The notes under the pieces: generated by a model
What the model was told of the DNA's origin: nothing
The model's database searches: none
The model's input: the letters and a program-made list of their open reading frames with translations, nothing else
From: Octopus bimaculoides
Taxonomy: Eukaryota
Reading direction: 5' to 3'
Assembly: GCF_001194135.2 (NCBI RefSeq)
Contig: NC_068985.1
Coordinates: forward strand, 25,811,304-25,875,303
DNA length: 64,000 bases
Shown here: one piece after another, positions 11,057 to 25,900 of the stretch
How the letters are laid out: the number at the start of each line of letters is the position of its first letter
Numbering within the stretch: position 1 is the first letter of the stretch
Translations under genes and position numbers: made by a program

Positions 11057-12684
11057 GTAAACTTTAAAATACTTAATTTTTCACATTTATTTTGCTTGCT
11101 GACAATTGCTGCATTATATGTTTCGATCTAGTTTATAATGTTTAGCTTAAGTAAATTTAGTTATTCTTCACCTGCTAGCTATATAGGATGTTGAATAAGC
11201 ATTACTATCAATAAATAAGTTACAATGTGAAGATTTGGAAACTTTTTCTTTGTTTACGTTTACTTCCTTGTTCGTAGTGTCGAAATGACGAAGTACACTA
11301 ACATTGTTAATACTACATGCACAGATTTACAATGTATGGAACTAAGTCTGGGGATATTGTCAAATCATTAATTTAAGTGCGCTATCTGCGATGATTTTTT
11401 TGGTAAGCGGTGTCTATTAGCAATTTGGTGCTTAAATTACTACGTGTCAGGCTTTAACCTTTAAATTAAACTGATAGTGAAACTTAATATGTTCTTGGTA
11501 ATTGCCAGAAACAATGATTATTTAACAGTTAAAGTATTGAGGGTATAATCAATAATGTAGGGAAATCTTTAAAAAATCATACTTCACTATTAGCACATTT
11601 AAAAAATAGACAAAATATAATCAGATATTTCTTAACAATTACTCTTAGAAAGAATATCGGTAAGTACTCTGATGTTAGATCATCTCTTCGTAACTAACGG
11701 AAGTATTAACCAATAAATTAAATTAAAACTTTTTTTTTAAAGTTTACATAATAATTGGATGATGTCTATAAAGGAAATATCAATACAGCATTTCTGAAGA
11801 AAAACGGAAAATCCATCCATGTCTGTGATGAAGCGGAGGGAGTTGTTTCCCTGCAGATCAAATCTGAATCGACTTACAATACAAACCGCTACAGCTATGA
11901 CCATCTCGTTTTTTGTTTTGTTTTGACCTTCTGCAAACGTTAAATATCTAACCCTGAGTTATTCAATGTAGCGTTAGATATCATCTTTCTAAAACGGTAA
12001 GTTGTGATTTAAGGAAAATGTGAGGACTTATTCTTGCAACACGATGAAAGAAAATACTGAGGACGGAAGTATTCAATAATAAAAGTAAGTTACAAGTACC
12101 CGTGTTGTAAGAAAGTGCCAAGAGTTTTATTGAGTAAAGTACTTAGTTCCAAGACAATATTCAAAATAGATAATAACTATGTACCAATATAGAAGTAGTT
12201 CAATAAAAATCAAATTTAGATTCAACTTTGATAAAGTTTGACTATCAAATTAAGGCCTGTTGATTCAGTCACAATCATTTAGTGAAGTTAGTACATTGGG
12301 TAAGATCGCATGTGTGGATGCAGACTTTATTAAATGATATTTTGCCGATGCAGACCGCTACTATTTTACCTGGGGTCTAGTTTTTATTTGCCAATAGATG
12401 TCATTGCTTTTGTGTATTTTTCGTAAATACACTGTACTAGGTTGATTAAAAGTTTCCTCCTTTTACATTACAGTTGAGTGAATTTCAGCTACTTGGTGAC
12501 TTTGCTAATGCTAATGCCACATACAAAGCAGCTACTACATTTTGTAAAGTGTTAGGAAGGACATCCAGCCACAGAAACCATGACAGCAAAGCAGTAGAGC
12601 TTGGTGCAGTCATCTGGCTCGCCAGCTCTTGTCCAGCCCATGTCAGCATGGAAAATGGATGCTAAATGATGATGACGACGACGA

Positions 12685-12722
<38 letters not shown>

Positions 12723-15700
12723 TTGTTTTACAACTACTTTCCATCATGCTGGCATGGGTTGGATGGAAGTGCCTGTGGTTGAAATCACATATACTGTTCA
12801 CCTAGCTTGTGTTTCCTTTCGTCATGGGTTGGATGAGTCATCACCAGTTTGTGTCACTTATTTGGAGGTACTGCTCTCCCAGATGATTTAAAGGCCCACT
12901 TGTTGCTCATAAGCTTTATTTTTCATATGGTTTCTACAACTGGATGCCCTTCCCAACACAAACCATATAACTGGGTGTACTATTTTATCATGGCACCAGT
13001 ACTGGAGAGATTATGACTCTAACCAGACTAAAGAATCATCCCTGCACTTTCATGTCTGCAATAGATCAATAACCACTTAAAGTATTCTGAGTGCATTTTA
13101 TTGTATCATCAACACTAAAGAGATCACTTCATCCTCTAAGACTAAAGTGTTCTGTGTTATATTCATTCATTTAAGGTAAGCTTGATCAAGGGAGTAAACA
13201 GAAGAAAAGTGAATATCAAGAGGGTGAATGAAGAGAGTGTATGAGTGTGATGGAGGAAATAGTGATAAGAATGAGATGGTAGGGGAAAGAATAGTGGTGG
13301 GCAGATATTGATGACTGCTTGTTGTCTGTTAGTTGAACAAAATAGAATACCAACATGAATGGTAAGATGGAATAACAATAGAGATATTGTTATTCCATTT
13401 TTTATATTCGTGAGTGATAGATAACTGTAGAGATGTATGCTGTTAAATGTGAGTGGTATGAGTCAATGAAGAGTGACATGAGAAAGAGAAAGTGGTGCAG
13501 GAAAGAAAGATAGTGGCAAGGGGACTAAATATGGACAGATCTGATGCTATACCTCTTTACCAAGGTATTGTGGTACAGTGAATGTGAGAGCAGGTGAGTG
13601 TTAAAGGAGAAGATAACCAGGTGAATCATAGGTGGAGACTTAAGTAGAATATAATGGGTGAAAGATCAAATGTAGATATTTTATATAGCATAACCTTTCT
13701 CACCACCACTATTTCAATGATCACTTAACCATGCTTGCACCAGAGAGTAGGTTTTTTTTTTATTCCAACATCATATGAGGCCACTGATAATTCTTTTAGC
13801 TCTTTTTCTTTCATGACATTTAACTTCTTAAGATCAATCTTTGCCATTTCATCCAATATCTTCTTAGGTCTACCTCATCCACTACTGCCATCTACTTCAA
13901 ATGCTCAGCAGATCTTTATACAACTGACATCCTCCTTATACATCACATGCTCTTACCAGCACAGCCTTCACTTTTAGGTACTATGTCTGATTCCTCCTAT
14001 AGAGCTTTTCTTGCAGTTGATTTGCACTCCATCATTTATAACAAAAATAAAAGGGGGAGGAGTCTCCTGATGGAAATTTGCTTCATGGTCTGTTGATTGC
14101 ACAGAATTTTTGTTTTTTTGTACATCATGAGCACAAACATAGTTGTATGGTTAAGAAGTTCACTTCCCAATCACATTGTCTTAGGTTCAGTCCTACTGCA
14201 CTGCACCTGGAGCAAGTGTCTTCTATTATAACCCCCTGACTGATCAAAGTCTTGTAAGTGGATTTGAGATACAGAAATTGAATGAAACTCATCAGATATG
14301 TGTGCGTGTGTGATTGCACCTCCTTGTCTTGAAGTTGCATGATAGTTGTAAATGAGTGCCACCATCATAGAAGCAGTGTCATTTGTTTCCAGTCTTCTAT
14401 GAAAACATGTCCAGTCATGGGCAAATATTAACTTGCTTAGAAACAAGAAAGACACTCATAATATCTGGTGAGGTAGAATACTTGATAGTCTCCTGAACAG
14501 TTAATCATCCCACTGTCCAACATAGCAATATCATTGTAACTGCTACAAAGGCAAAGGAGATGTTTTAAAGAGAGAAAATTATAGAGGCAGACTGTTGAAC
14601 CAGGCTATGACGTTCACACAGCACAGCACAATTATTCTATACACTTTTACTTGTTTCGGTCATTTGATTGCGGCCATGCTGGAGCACCGCCTTTAGTCGA
14701 GCAAATCGACCCCAGGACTTATTCTTTGTAAGCCTAGTACTTATTCTATCGGTCTCTTTTGCCGGAGACGTAAACACACCAGCATCGGTTGTCAAGCGAT
14801 GCTGGGGGAACAAACACACATACATATATATATATACATACATACATATATATATATATCATCATCATCGTTTAACGTCCGCTTTCCATGCTAGCATGGG
14901 TTGGACGATTTGACTGAGGACTGGTGAAACCGGATGGCAACACCAGGCTCCAATCTAATTTGGCAGAGTTTCTACAGCTGGATGCCCTTCCTAACGCCAA
15001 CCACTCAGAGAGTGTAGTGGGTGCTTTTACGTGTCACCCACACGAAAACGGCCACGCTCGAAATGGTGTCTTTTATGTGCCNNNNNNNNNNCTGGCAACG
15101 ATCTCACTCGAAAATCCTACGGGAGCCAGTCAGGCGGTACTGGCAACGGCCACGCTCAAAATGGTGCATCTCATGTGCCACCCGCACAAGAGCCAGTCCA
15201 GGGGCACTGGCAACGATCTTACTTGGCTTGCCGGGTCTTCTCACGCACAGCACATTTCCAAAGGTCTCGGTCAGTAGTCATCGCCTCGGTGAGGCCCAAT
15301 GTACGAAGGTCTTGCCTCACCACCTCAGCAAAGTTGTAGTATATTGTCAACTTAATGTGACAATCCCAATAAGGGAATACACTACTGCCGTTTAGCCCTA
15401 GGAATAATGAATATAATAAAAGTTGACAATTTTTTTTTATCTTGTATTTATTTTGTAAACAAATAATACAATATTACATAAGCATTTTATAATGTTTCTT
15501 TCTTTTCTGGAAACTCGCTGTGTACCGGCACCAGTACACAGACCACCACTTTGAGTAGCGCTGATATAGATGACATAAAGTAAACAGGAAAGTATAATAA
15601 CCAAGATAAGCACATTGTAAAAAGTTCAAGAAGTTACTGCTACTGGCAACAAAGATATTTTTCCTTAGATTCAAAGGTAAATTGTATAATGTTTCTTCTA

Positions 15701-18700
15701 CAACCATGAAGCTGCATGGTAGTAAGATGTGAACTTGAAAGACAGAAGACTTCGAAAGACTAAAAAGAAATGAGGCTAACATGCTACAGTGATAATGTTT
15801 AGTGTTCATGAACACCAGAGTAGAAACAAGCTGAAAGAAATACTGGGTATAAGAGGAATCAGGTGTTGTGTACAAGAGAGAAGGTTGGGCATGTGATGTG
15901 CATGAACTGCTGTATAAGATAATAATGAGCATTCCAAGTTAATGGAACCTGTAGAAGAGGGAGACCAAGGAAGATTGGGATGTGGTGAAGGCTAATCTGA
16001 AGATGATGTGCCTTACATTTGTATATCAGATAACAAAAGACCATACTGATTGATGATATTCAATACTGCAGAAGACCTAATCATCAACAAAACATACCCT
16101 GACATGGGGCTAGTGTTTAGAAGCTGCAGTATTTTGTACCCTGCCAAGCCTATGTTTTTGCCCCCTCCCATCTACCTATTTCTTTGCTCACCCTTTCCCT
16201 TCTCTCACCTCTCTTGTTATTACTAATAGTTCTCTATCTCTGTGAAGGCGCATGGCTCAGTGGTTAGAGCATCGAGCTTACGATCGTGAAGTTGTGAGTT
16301 CAATTCCCGGACTGAGCTACGTGTTGTGTTCTTGAGCAAGACACTTTATTTCACGTTGTTCCAGTTCACTCAGCTGTAGAAATGAGTTGCGACATCACTG
16401 GTGCCAAGCTGTATCAGCCTTTATCTTTCCCTTGAATAACATCGGTGGCGTGGAGAGGGGAGACCGGTATGCATGAGCGACTGCTGGCCTTCCATAAACA
16501 ACCTTGCCTGGACTTGTGCCTGGGAGGGTAACTTTCTAGGTGCAATCCCATGGTCATTCATGACCAAAGTGGGTCTCCCCCTCTATCTCTTATCTCCCAC
16601 CACTTCTACAAATAGTACCCTCCTTATCACTACTCTCCTCATCTGTGGATACATAGGAGGCTGCACACTAACTATGCCCTGCTTTGCTGCCAGCTTGTTC
16701 TCTCTCTCGCTCATTCTCTTCCCACCCCATCCTCATTGAACCACCTCTGTTGCCCTTCTCACCTATTCTTATTTCATCATCCATCTATGGTCTTGGACTG
16801 ATCTCTGATGAGGGAAATTGGGTAGATGGAAACTGTAAAGGTACGGTAAATAAAGTGAGTTTAAAATGAGTTCAGCAAACACTATGTACAGCTGAGTACA
16901 TATATATGAGGGAGTGCTGAAAAGTTCCTGGCTTTGGGTAAAAGAAAATACAGGATCAGTTTAATTATGATTTTATTTAACATATTCCCCTCTAAGATTC
17001 ACACACTTATCGCAGCAGTCCTTCAGTTTTTCTAAGCCCTGTAAAAGAACTCGAAAGGTTAGGTCTTTCACAATACCCTTAAAGCCACGAACTTTTCAGC
17101 ACCCCTTTGTGTGTGTGTAAATATATATATATGTATGTTTGTGTGTGTGTGTGTGTGTATGTATGTCTGTCTGTCTGTCAAGCATCCTTAACTTTCGAAC
17201 TACAAATTTCCTCATCAAAGCAAAATGTTCTGCACTATCAAACACATATCATACACATATTTTATCTGCAAGCATCCATAAATATTTATGTCAAATACAA
17301 ATATAATCTACACTAATTCTTCACTATTGTAGCATTCGTTTCTACACAATTAAACACTTACACAAGAAGTAAATCAATAATTAACAAACAAATATATTAA
17401 AAAGGGGGAAAAAACACAAAAAAACCCCTCTAAGATGACTACTCAACAACGAAAATCTAAACAAAATTGGTCTGAGAATGAAATAGACCTGATAAATTCA
17501 TGGTACTGTCTTGCCCAAACAGAGAACATAGACATATCATGCTGCGACTTAATAGCCAGACGTACAATTCAACTCTTCAGAAATCACTCCAAGAAGCAGA
17601 TTCAAAACAAATTTAAATTAATTAGTAGATATTTTGGAAAACTCCAACGTGTTTTCTCTTCAAGTACTGGTCAACAGCAACAACAACAAAAACCACCACG
17701 GCAGCAACAACAACGACCACCTCAGCAAAAACGACAACAATCACCATAGGAACAACTGACTCGGCTTCAACCTTTAGCACTCCTTAATTCAACCACAATT
17801 GATGACCTACCAAATACTAAATCAATTTTTTAAAAAAACCACTCATGTTAAACAGAACCCTAAAATCTGCCGCTATTCTCAGCATAACGGATTATGTCTA
17901 CGGCATAATAGTCCATTTACCCATCTCCCGGGGGCTCGTTGCACAAATAAAAATATAAACGGTACCCCTAACCAATACAAATCCCACAACCATAAATATT
18001 TTCAGTTCCCCAAACAGAACTCTTCTTTAGCCATAACGAATCTGGCAAAAGAGCTACAGAAGAACATTCTAGCCATCACACAATGCCACCCTCCACCACC
18101 ACCCTATTGCACAAACTCACATTGCTGCCATTAACAAGCAAATCACCCAAACAGTCAAAAGTCACCACTATCACCTCAACATTTTTGCTCAATGCACAAA
18201 GCATCAACCCTTCCACCAATGCCCAAAAATGGAAGATTCAATTTATTGAAGACTGAGTTAATGACCATCCACACCATATCCCTTTCTTTGTCCTCACAGA
18301 GACCCATCTCAATAACCTCCACTTGGAAGCTGAAGTGAGAGTGAAGAATTTTACAGCTATTTATGCAGATCACGTCAGCACGATTCTTTTTTGCCTGAAG
18401 CAATGGATGTATTTACCAATGGCTACTGTGAAGCAGCTTATGTGTGTAGTAAAACCAACAATTTGATAGTAGTTGGACTCTATAGACAACCCCTAACTCC
18501 TTTACTATGCTTCAAGGAATGTCTCAACAGTATTAAGTGTTTCACCCATCAGTATAACGCTGACAATACATTAATGATGGGGGACTTCAACTTTCCCAGT
18601 GTTGATTGGTCCACAAACAGCTTGAAACCAGGTTTTCCCACCTCGACCCCTGATAAGGAAGCAATCGAATTGCTTCTTGATTTCATGGATGAGTTTTTCC

Positions 18701-19891
18701 TGACCCAACTTGTTCTTGAACCAACAAGGTGTCACAAAACACCTTCGACTTAGTGTTCAGTAACCACACTGACACTATCCACAATATTGCAGTGGAAAAA
18801 ATACCACTACTCTCGGACCATGACATGGTTCTCTGCGATCTGAGATTCCACCACCCAAAGATCAAATCCAGTGACATCTCTCCAGCCCATCCATTTGACA
18901 CTATGGATCTTCATAACAAAGACTGGGATGCGATCAAATCATGATCTTACACAAGTTGATTGGGCCTTCTCGAAAGCCCCCCCCCCTGCAACATAAACGC
19001 ATCATGGTAGACTTTTNNNNNNNNNNNNNNNNNNNNNNNNNNNNNNNNNNNNNNNNNNNNNNNNNNNNNNNNNNNNNNNNNNNNNNNNNNNNNNNNNNNN
19101 NNNNNNNNNNNNNNNNTGAGGTAGCCATGCTTCTCACCTAATGCAAGACACCTTTTCTGTCCCTCAATACTACTCCTGCTAGTTGAGCGGTCTTGTCCTG
19201 CAAGTTACTTGGTGACCTCACTACCGCTGGTGCCACATAAAAAGCACCCAGTACACTGTAAAGTGGTTGGCATGAGGAAGGGCATCCAACCACAGAAACC
19301 ATACCAAAATAGACAGCAGGGCTTGGTGCAGTCTTCTGACTTGCCAGCTCCTGTCAAACTATCCAACCCACGCCAGCATGAAAAACAGACATTAACCCTT
19401 TAGTATTCAGAGTACCCTATCAAAAATAATGCTTATTCATTCATATTGTTTTGAATTTCTCACACATTATCTTGTGGCCTTGAGATTTTGATGATATGAT
19501 TACTCTTTTACTTGTTTCAGTCTTTTGACTGTGAACATGCTGGAGCACCGCCTTTAGTTGAGCAAATCAACCCCAGAACCTATTCTTTGGAAGCCTAATA
19601 CTTATTCAATTGGTCTCTTTTGCTGAACCGCTAAATTACGGGGACATAAACACACCACCATTGGTTATCAAGTGATATTGGGGGTGGGGGAGAACAAACA
19701 CAGACACACAAACACATACACACATACATATATATGACGGGCTTCTTTCAGTTTCCGTCTACCAAATCCACTCACAAGGCTTTGGTCGGCCCGAGGCTAT
19801 AGTAGAAGCCACTTGCCCAAGGTGCCACGCAGTGGGAATGAACCCGGAACAATGTGGTTGGTAAGCAAGCTACTTACCACACAGCCACTCC

Positions 19892-19939
<48 letters not shown>

Positions 19940-22900
19940 CTCTGAAGAGGCCTAGAGAATCATCCCTGTACCTCTATTTCATTTATTAATTACTTCAGTC
20001 TACTGGAGTTATATAAATAGAATGAGGCATGTCACCTCTGGACTGAAACAGCTGTAAGATATTATCCCATTTTCTGTCACTATATGTCATTTTTATACTG
20101 ACTGAACCCGGGACCATGTGGTTAGTAAGCAAGCTACTTACCACACGACCACTCCTACGCCTATGATTGTTTATTTTTAGAATGACATTGTAGGGTAAGT
20201 CTGAGAGGTCAGGTCTAATCAGTTTGAACATAAAGCAGGGCTGGTTTAAATACCAAAAGGTTAAATGATGATGATAATGTGTGTGTGTGTACAGAGAGTG
20301 AAAGAAACAAACACATTTTTATCATGTTTTCTGTTTTACTGATTTAATAATCAATGTATTTTATATCTTCTAGAATCTGTATGTACCCTGCTATTTGATA
20401 AAGAAATAGGAGTTACCACATTCCTCAGAAGCAACGCTAACCAGGTAAAACATCTTAATGTTCTGTACTTCATGTTATCTGTAATATTTCTTCCACGTAA
20501 GGTGGCAAGCTTGCAGAACCGTTAGCACTCTGGACAAAATACTTTGCAGCATTTCATCAATCTTTACGTTCTAAGTTCAGTGCCACCTAACTGGCACATA
20601 AAAAGCACCATTTGAGTGCAACTAATGCCAGTGCCGCCTGATTGGCACCTGTGCTGGTGGCACATAAAAGCACCCACTACACTCTTGGAGCGGTTGACAT
20701 TAGGAAGAGCATCCAGCTATTGAAACCTTGCCAAATCAGATTGGAGCCTGGTGCAGCCTCCTGGCTTGCCAGTTCTCAGTCAAACCATCCAACCCATGCC
20801 AGCATGGAAAGCAGATGTTAAACGATCATCATGATGATGATTCTTTCAGGGTTGATTAAATAAGTACCAGTTGAGTACTGGTGTCAATGTTATCAACATT
20901 AACGCCTCCTCTGTAATTGCTGGCTTTGTACCAAAATTTGAAACTAGTATTTCCTCCACATTAAATATCTTGGTATAATCTGTTCCATGTCCACTCTCTT
21001 TGGAAATTAATCATTATTGTGTGACTTGTAAAAGGCACCCACTACATGCTATGGAGTGGCTGGCGTTAGGAAGGACATCCAGCTATAGAAACCAAACCAA
21101 AACAAACTGGAGCCTGGTGCAGCTCTCAGCTTTCCAGTTCCAGTCAAACCATCTAACTCATGCCAGCATGGAGAATGGACACTAAATGATGATGATGATT
21201 GATGAACTTAGCAATTCTTCCATACATACTTTTTCTCACTAATCTGAAAATTTTGGCATCTAATCATTTCTTCATTTGTTATATAGTCAATTTTCATCAG
21301 CCTGGCGCCTTACTGGCACTTGTGCCGGTGACACATGAAAAAACGTTCGAGCGAGGTCATAGCTAGTGCCGCTGGACTGGCTCCTGTGCTGATGGAACGT
21401 AAAGAACACCATTTTGAATGTGGCCGTTACCAGTACTGACTGGCCTTCGTGCCGGTGGCACATAAAAGCACCCACTGCACTCTCAGAGTGGTTGGCGTTA
21501 GGAAGGGCATCTAGCTGTAGAAACTCTGCCAGATCAGATTGGAGCCTGGTGCAGCTATCTGGTTCGCCAGTCCTCAGTCAATTCGTCCAACCCATGCTAG
21601 CATGGAAAGTGGACGTTAAATGATGATGATGATGTATTCATTGTTATTGGATGTGCATTACTTTCCTCATTACAGTTCAATGTTCCTACTGTTATTGTTT
21701 TGCTCTAAAAGACAGTGGACTGGCAGTATTCTTAGGGTGTCAGACAAAATGCCTTGCAATATTTTTTTTTCCAACTTTTTACATTCTGAGTTCAAATCCT
21801 GCTGAGGTCAATTTTGTTTTCATCCTTCCAAGGAAAATAACATAAGATACAAATAAATAACTAGAAGTCAGTGATATCAATAAGCCCCGTCCCCACAAAA
21901 TTGCTGACCTACCTAAATTTAAAACAATTATTGTTTAATCCTAAGTCAACCATATGAAGACACATGACCTAGCAGTTAGAGTGTTGGCCTTGAGTTCATT
22001 AGGTCATAGGTTCAATTCTTGGACGGACAGCATATTGTGTGCTTGAGCAAGGTACTTCTTTGTAAGTTGCTCAAGTCACATGCAGCTGAAAATGGGTACC
22101 AGTGGTTAACTATGCTAACCATGCAACAGACTGATGCCTTTTTCAAGTTAGAAGAGTCTTGTTGTTATTGTTGGCACTCCGTCGCTTACGACGTCAAGGG
22201 TTCCAGTTGATCCGATCAACGGAACAGCCTGCTCGTGAAATTAACGTCCAAGTGGCTGAGCAATCCACAGACACGTGTACCCTTAACGTAGTTCTTGGGG
22301 GTATTCAGCGTGACACAGTGTGACAAGGCTGGCCCTTTGAATTACAGGTACAACAGAAACAGGAAGAAAGAGTGAGAGAAAGTTGTAGTGGAAGAGTACA
22401 GCAGGGTTCGCCACCATCCCCTGCCGGAGCCTCGTGGAGCCTTAGGTGTTTTCGCTCAATAAACACTCACAACGCCCGGTCTGGGAATCGAAACCGCGAT
22501 CCTATGACCGTGAGTCCGCTGCCCTAACCACTGGGCCATTGCGCCTCCACAGAAGAGTCTTGTACTCTCAGCTTAAATGGCTTGAAAATCTCAATAAGCC
22601 CTGTCCTTATGAGCCTATAGGTTTAAGGCAAACTTTTGAAATCAGACTTGATCAAACAGAACTGAGATCAAAGGTACTGCTAATCTCGATCAAAGGCAAT
22701 ACTTGAGAAAAATATGGCTGCTATTTCTGGCATATCCAGTAACCATGTTGAGACATCTTGATTTCCTTGTTTGCATGTTTGTTTATGTGTGAGTGCATAC
22801 ATACATATGTGTATTTACATGTGTCTGAATGCATAAAGATTATGTAGTGGATCATGTTGATGTGTAGTCTCAATTCTGTTATTCATAACATTATAATTTA

Positions 22901-25900
22901 ATAAGAAATTATTTCCATCACTAAAATTATAATTACTTACAAACTGCTATCTTTATTTACCTTTCATTATTAGCCTACTGAAATTCGTCATGACATATTG
23001 GCAATGTTGATCAATGTTCAACAGAAGTTTGGAGAATATCTACAACCATATGCTGCTGATCTCAAAGTAAGCTTTATATAAATACATATTTACTTGTTAC
23101 TAAATTCAAATAAATTGTAACAAAACACAAAAAATGTTTGTAAATAGAAACATATCTTTTATCATTTACTTGTTTCAGTCATTAGACTGCAGTCGTGCTG
23201 GAGCACCACCTTGAAGAATTTGCAGTCAAATGGGCCAAACCCAGTACTTATTTATTTTAAGCTTGGTGTTTATTCTATCAGTTTCTTTTGCCAAACTGCT
23301 AAGTTATGAGAGCGTAAAGGTAAACATACCAAAAGCAGTTTGTCAAGTGGTGGTGGAGGACAAACACAGACATTAAGACACATACATACAGTCATGCACA
23401 CACACACGCAATGGGTAAACAGAAACTGAATCAAGACCATCACACACACATATACACACAGAACAGTCTTCTTTCAGTTTCTATCTACAAAATTCACTCA
23501 CAAGGCTTTCGTTGACCCAAGGTTATAGTAGAAAACACATGCCCAAGGTGCCATGCAGTGGAACTGAACCAGAAACCATATGGTTGGGGAGCAAACTTCT
23601 TACCACACAGCCATGCCTGCACGTAACCATTTATATTTAAACTATTGATCTATATTGTGCAGATATGTCTGTATGGTACGTTCAGTAAGTTCACCGTCAT
23701 CACTTCAAACACAGTTTTGAGTGATGTGAATTTGAATTTTGTGTTGATTTATGTTGTAAAGAAGTGTGAATTTAAAATTAAGCTTATTTTCCTTAATATT
23801 TAGTACATATCACAATCCCTTCAGGTAGATGGCCCTGCTCAATCTGTAGTAAAGGCATAGTAGAAATTGCATAAGATGTACCTGGTGTAAGCTATGGACA
23901 CATAAGAGGTACAGCAGTATCAGAGGAAGGTTAACAGGGAAACTAATTTTTGTGTGAACAGGTACAATTAACACTAAAAATGTACAGAAAATAGATTCCA
24001 TCACATGCTAGTGGAGAAAACTAGAAGTAGTCTATAGCTTCTGTTATCTAGATGACAAGGTTAGTAGCTGGGGTGGATGCTCCAAGAACATCACTGCTAG
24101 AATAAGAATATGCTAGGCAAAGTTCAGAAAGCTCCTACCTCTGCTAGTAAGAAAGGACCTCTCTCTCAGAGTGAAAGGCAGACTGTATGATGCCTGGTGG
24201 TAAACAGCCATACTACATGGCAGTCAAACATGGACTGTGGCCGCTGAGGACATGCATAGGTCTGAAAGAAATTAGGCTAGTATGCTTCGCTGGATGTGTA
24301 ATGTCAGTGTGCATGGACGACAGTGTAAGCATCCTGAGAGAAAAGTTGGGCATAAGAGGCATCAGATGTGTGCAAGTGAAACAACTGCACTGATGTGGTC
24401 ACGTGATGTTTATTGATGAGGGCAGCTGTGTGAAGAAGTGGTGCACTCTAACGGTGGGGGTAACCTGTGGAAGAGGTAGACCCTAGAAGACACGGGACAA
24501 GGTGTTGATGCATGATCTTCAAATGTTGGGCTTCATGGAAGTAATGACAGGTGACCGAGACCTTTGGTGATATGCTGTGCTTGAGAAGGCCTGGCCAGCC
24601 AAGTGAGATCATAGTAATGGCCGATGCCACTGTCGCATAACTGGCACATAAAAAAAAGCACCTTTCAAACATTGGGTGATATGCTATGCTTGAGAAGTCC
24701 TGTCAAGCCAAGTGAAATCATAGTCGTGGCTAATGCCAGTGCCATCTGACTGGCACCCAGTGATACATAAAAAGCACTGGGTCTCACAGAGGTAGTGACA
24801 GGTTACTGAAACATTTGGTGATATACCATGCTTGTATTGACGTAGAAACCTTGCCAAATCAGATTGGAAGCTGGTGCAGCTCCCCAGTTTTCAGTGAAAC
24901 CATCCAACCCATGGGAAATGAACATTAATCCTTTCATTACCAACCCGGCTAAAACTAGCTCTGGCTCTGAGTACAAATGTCTTGTTTTTATAAGTTTTGA
25001 ATTAAAATCTACCACCAAACTTTAGTCACAATTTATGTTCCTAACACTAGCTGAATTCTTTGTTATATTTAAAATAATTGAAATAAACAGAGCTTCTCAA
25101 AATAAATACAGTACCAAAAGGGTTAAACGATGATGATGATGACTGTGTTTTAACCCAAAAGATAAAATCCCTAAATGCACATTTTGATCTCCATTACTTT
25201 GGGGTTTCTTTCTTGATGAGATAGTTTTTAACTATTAATATTGCGATATTGTGGATATATTTTCTTGGTAAACTTTCCTTGTGGTGAACTTCTGTAAGGT
25301 GAATTGATGTCAGTGAACTTATTTGTAATCTTGAATGGTTAGAAGTTCAGGATGAGACAGTTGGATGCATCTATTTGGACACTAGCGATTTGGCATGGCT
25401 CACATAAAGCCTGTTTTGATTACAGTACTTTTTGGCACTGAAGACAACCACACAAATGTGTATGCACACAGAAATACACACACACATTCATTCACAAAAA
25501 CATTAATGTTAAACAAAGCAGCTTTGGATCCGTCAAGTTCAAATGACTATGCCAAAATCTGTTGCACCATTAAAAGTTATCTTCGCTACCACATGGTTTA
25601 AAGCAGTGCTACTCAAAGTGGTGGTCTGAGGACCGGCACTAGTCCACAAGCCATAGCTACCGGTACGTGGTGACACATTATAAAATGCTTAGGTAATATT
25701 GTATTATTTACTCTTTTACTTGTTTCAGTCATTTGACTGCAGCCATGCTGGAGCACCGCCTTTAGTCGAGCAAATCGACCCCAGGACTTATTCTTTGTAA
25801 GCCTAGTACTTATTCTATCGGTCTCTTTTGCCGAACCACTACGTTACGGGGATGTAAACACACCAGCATCGGTTGTCAAGCGATGTTGGGGGGACAAACA

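Noticed and set aside
14901-14935. CTGAGGA-ctggt-GAAA in the young RTE 3'UTR as a hammerhead
   Set aside because: No stem II pairing, no stem I/III, and it lies on the antisense strand of the element
15474-15932. 152-aa - strand ORF
   Set aside because: Antisense shadow of a decayed RTE fragment
17650-17749. Poly-Q host protein
   Set aside because: CAA-rich tract inside the disrupted LINE ORF1; reads Thr-rich in another frame; no splice support
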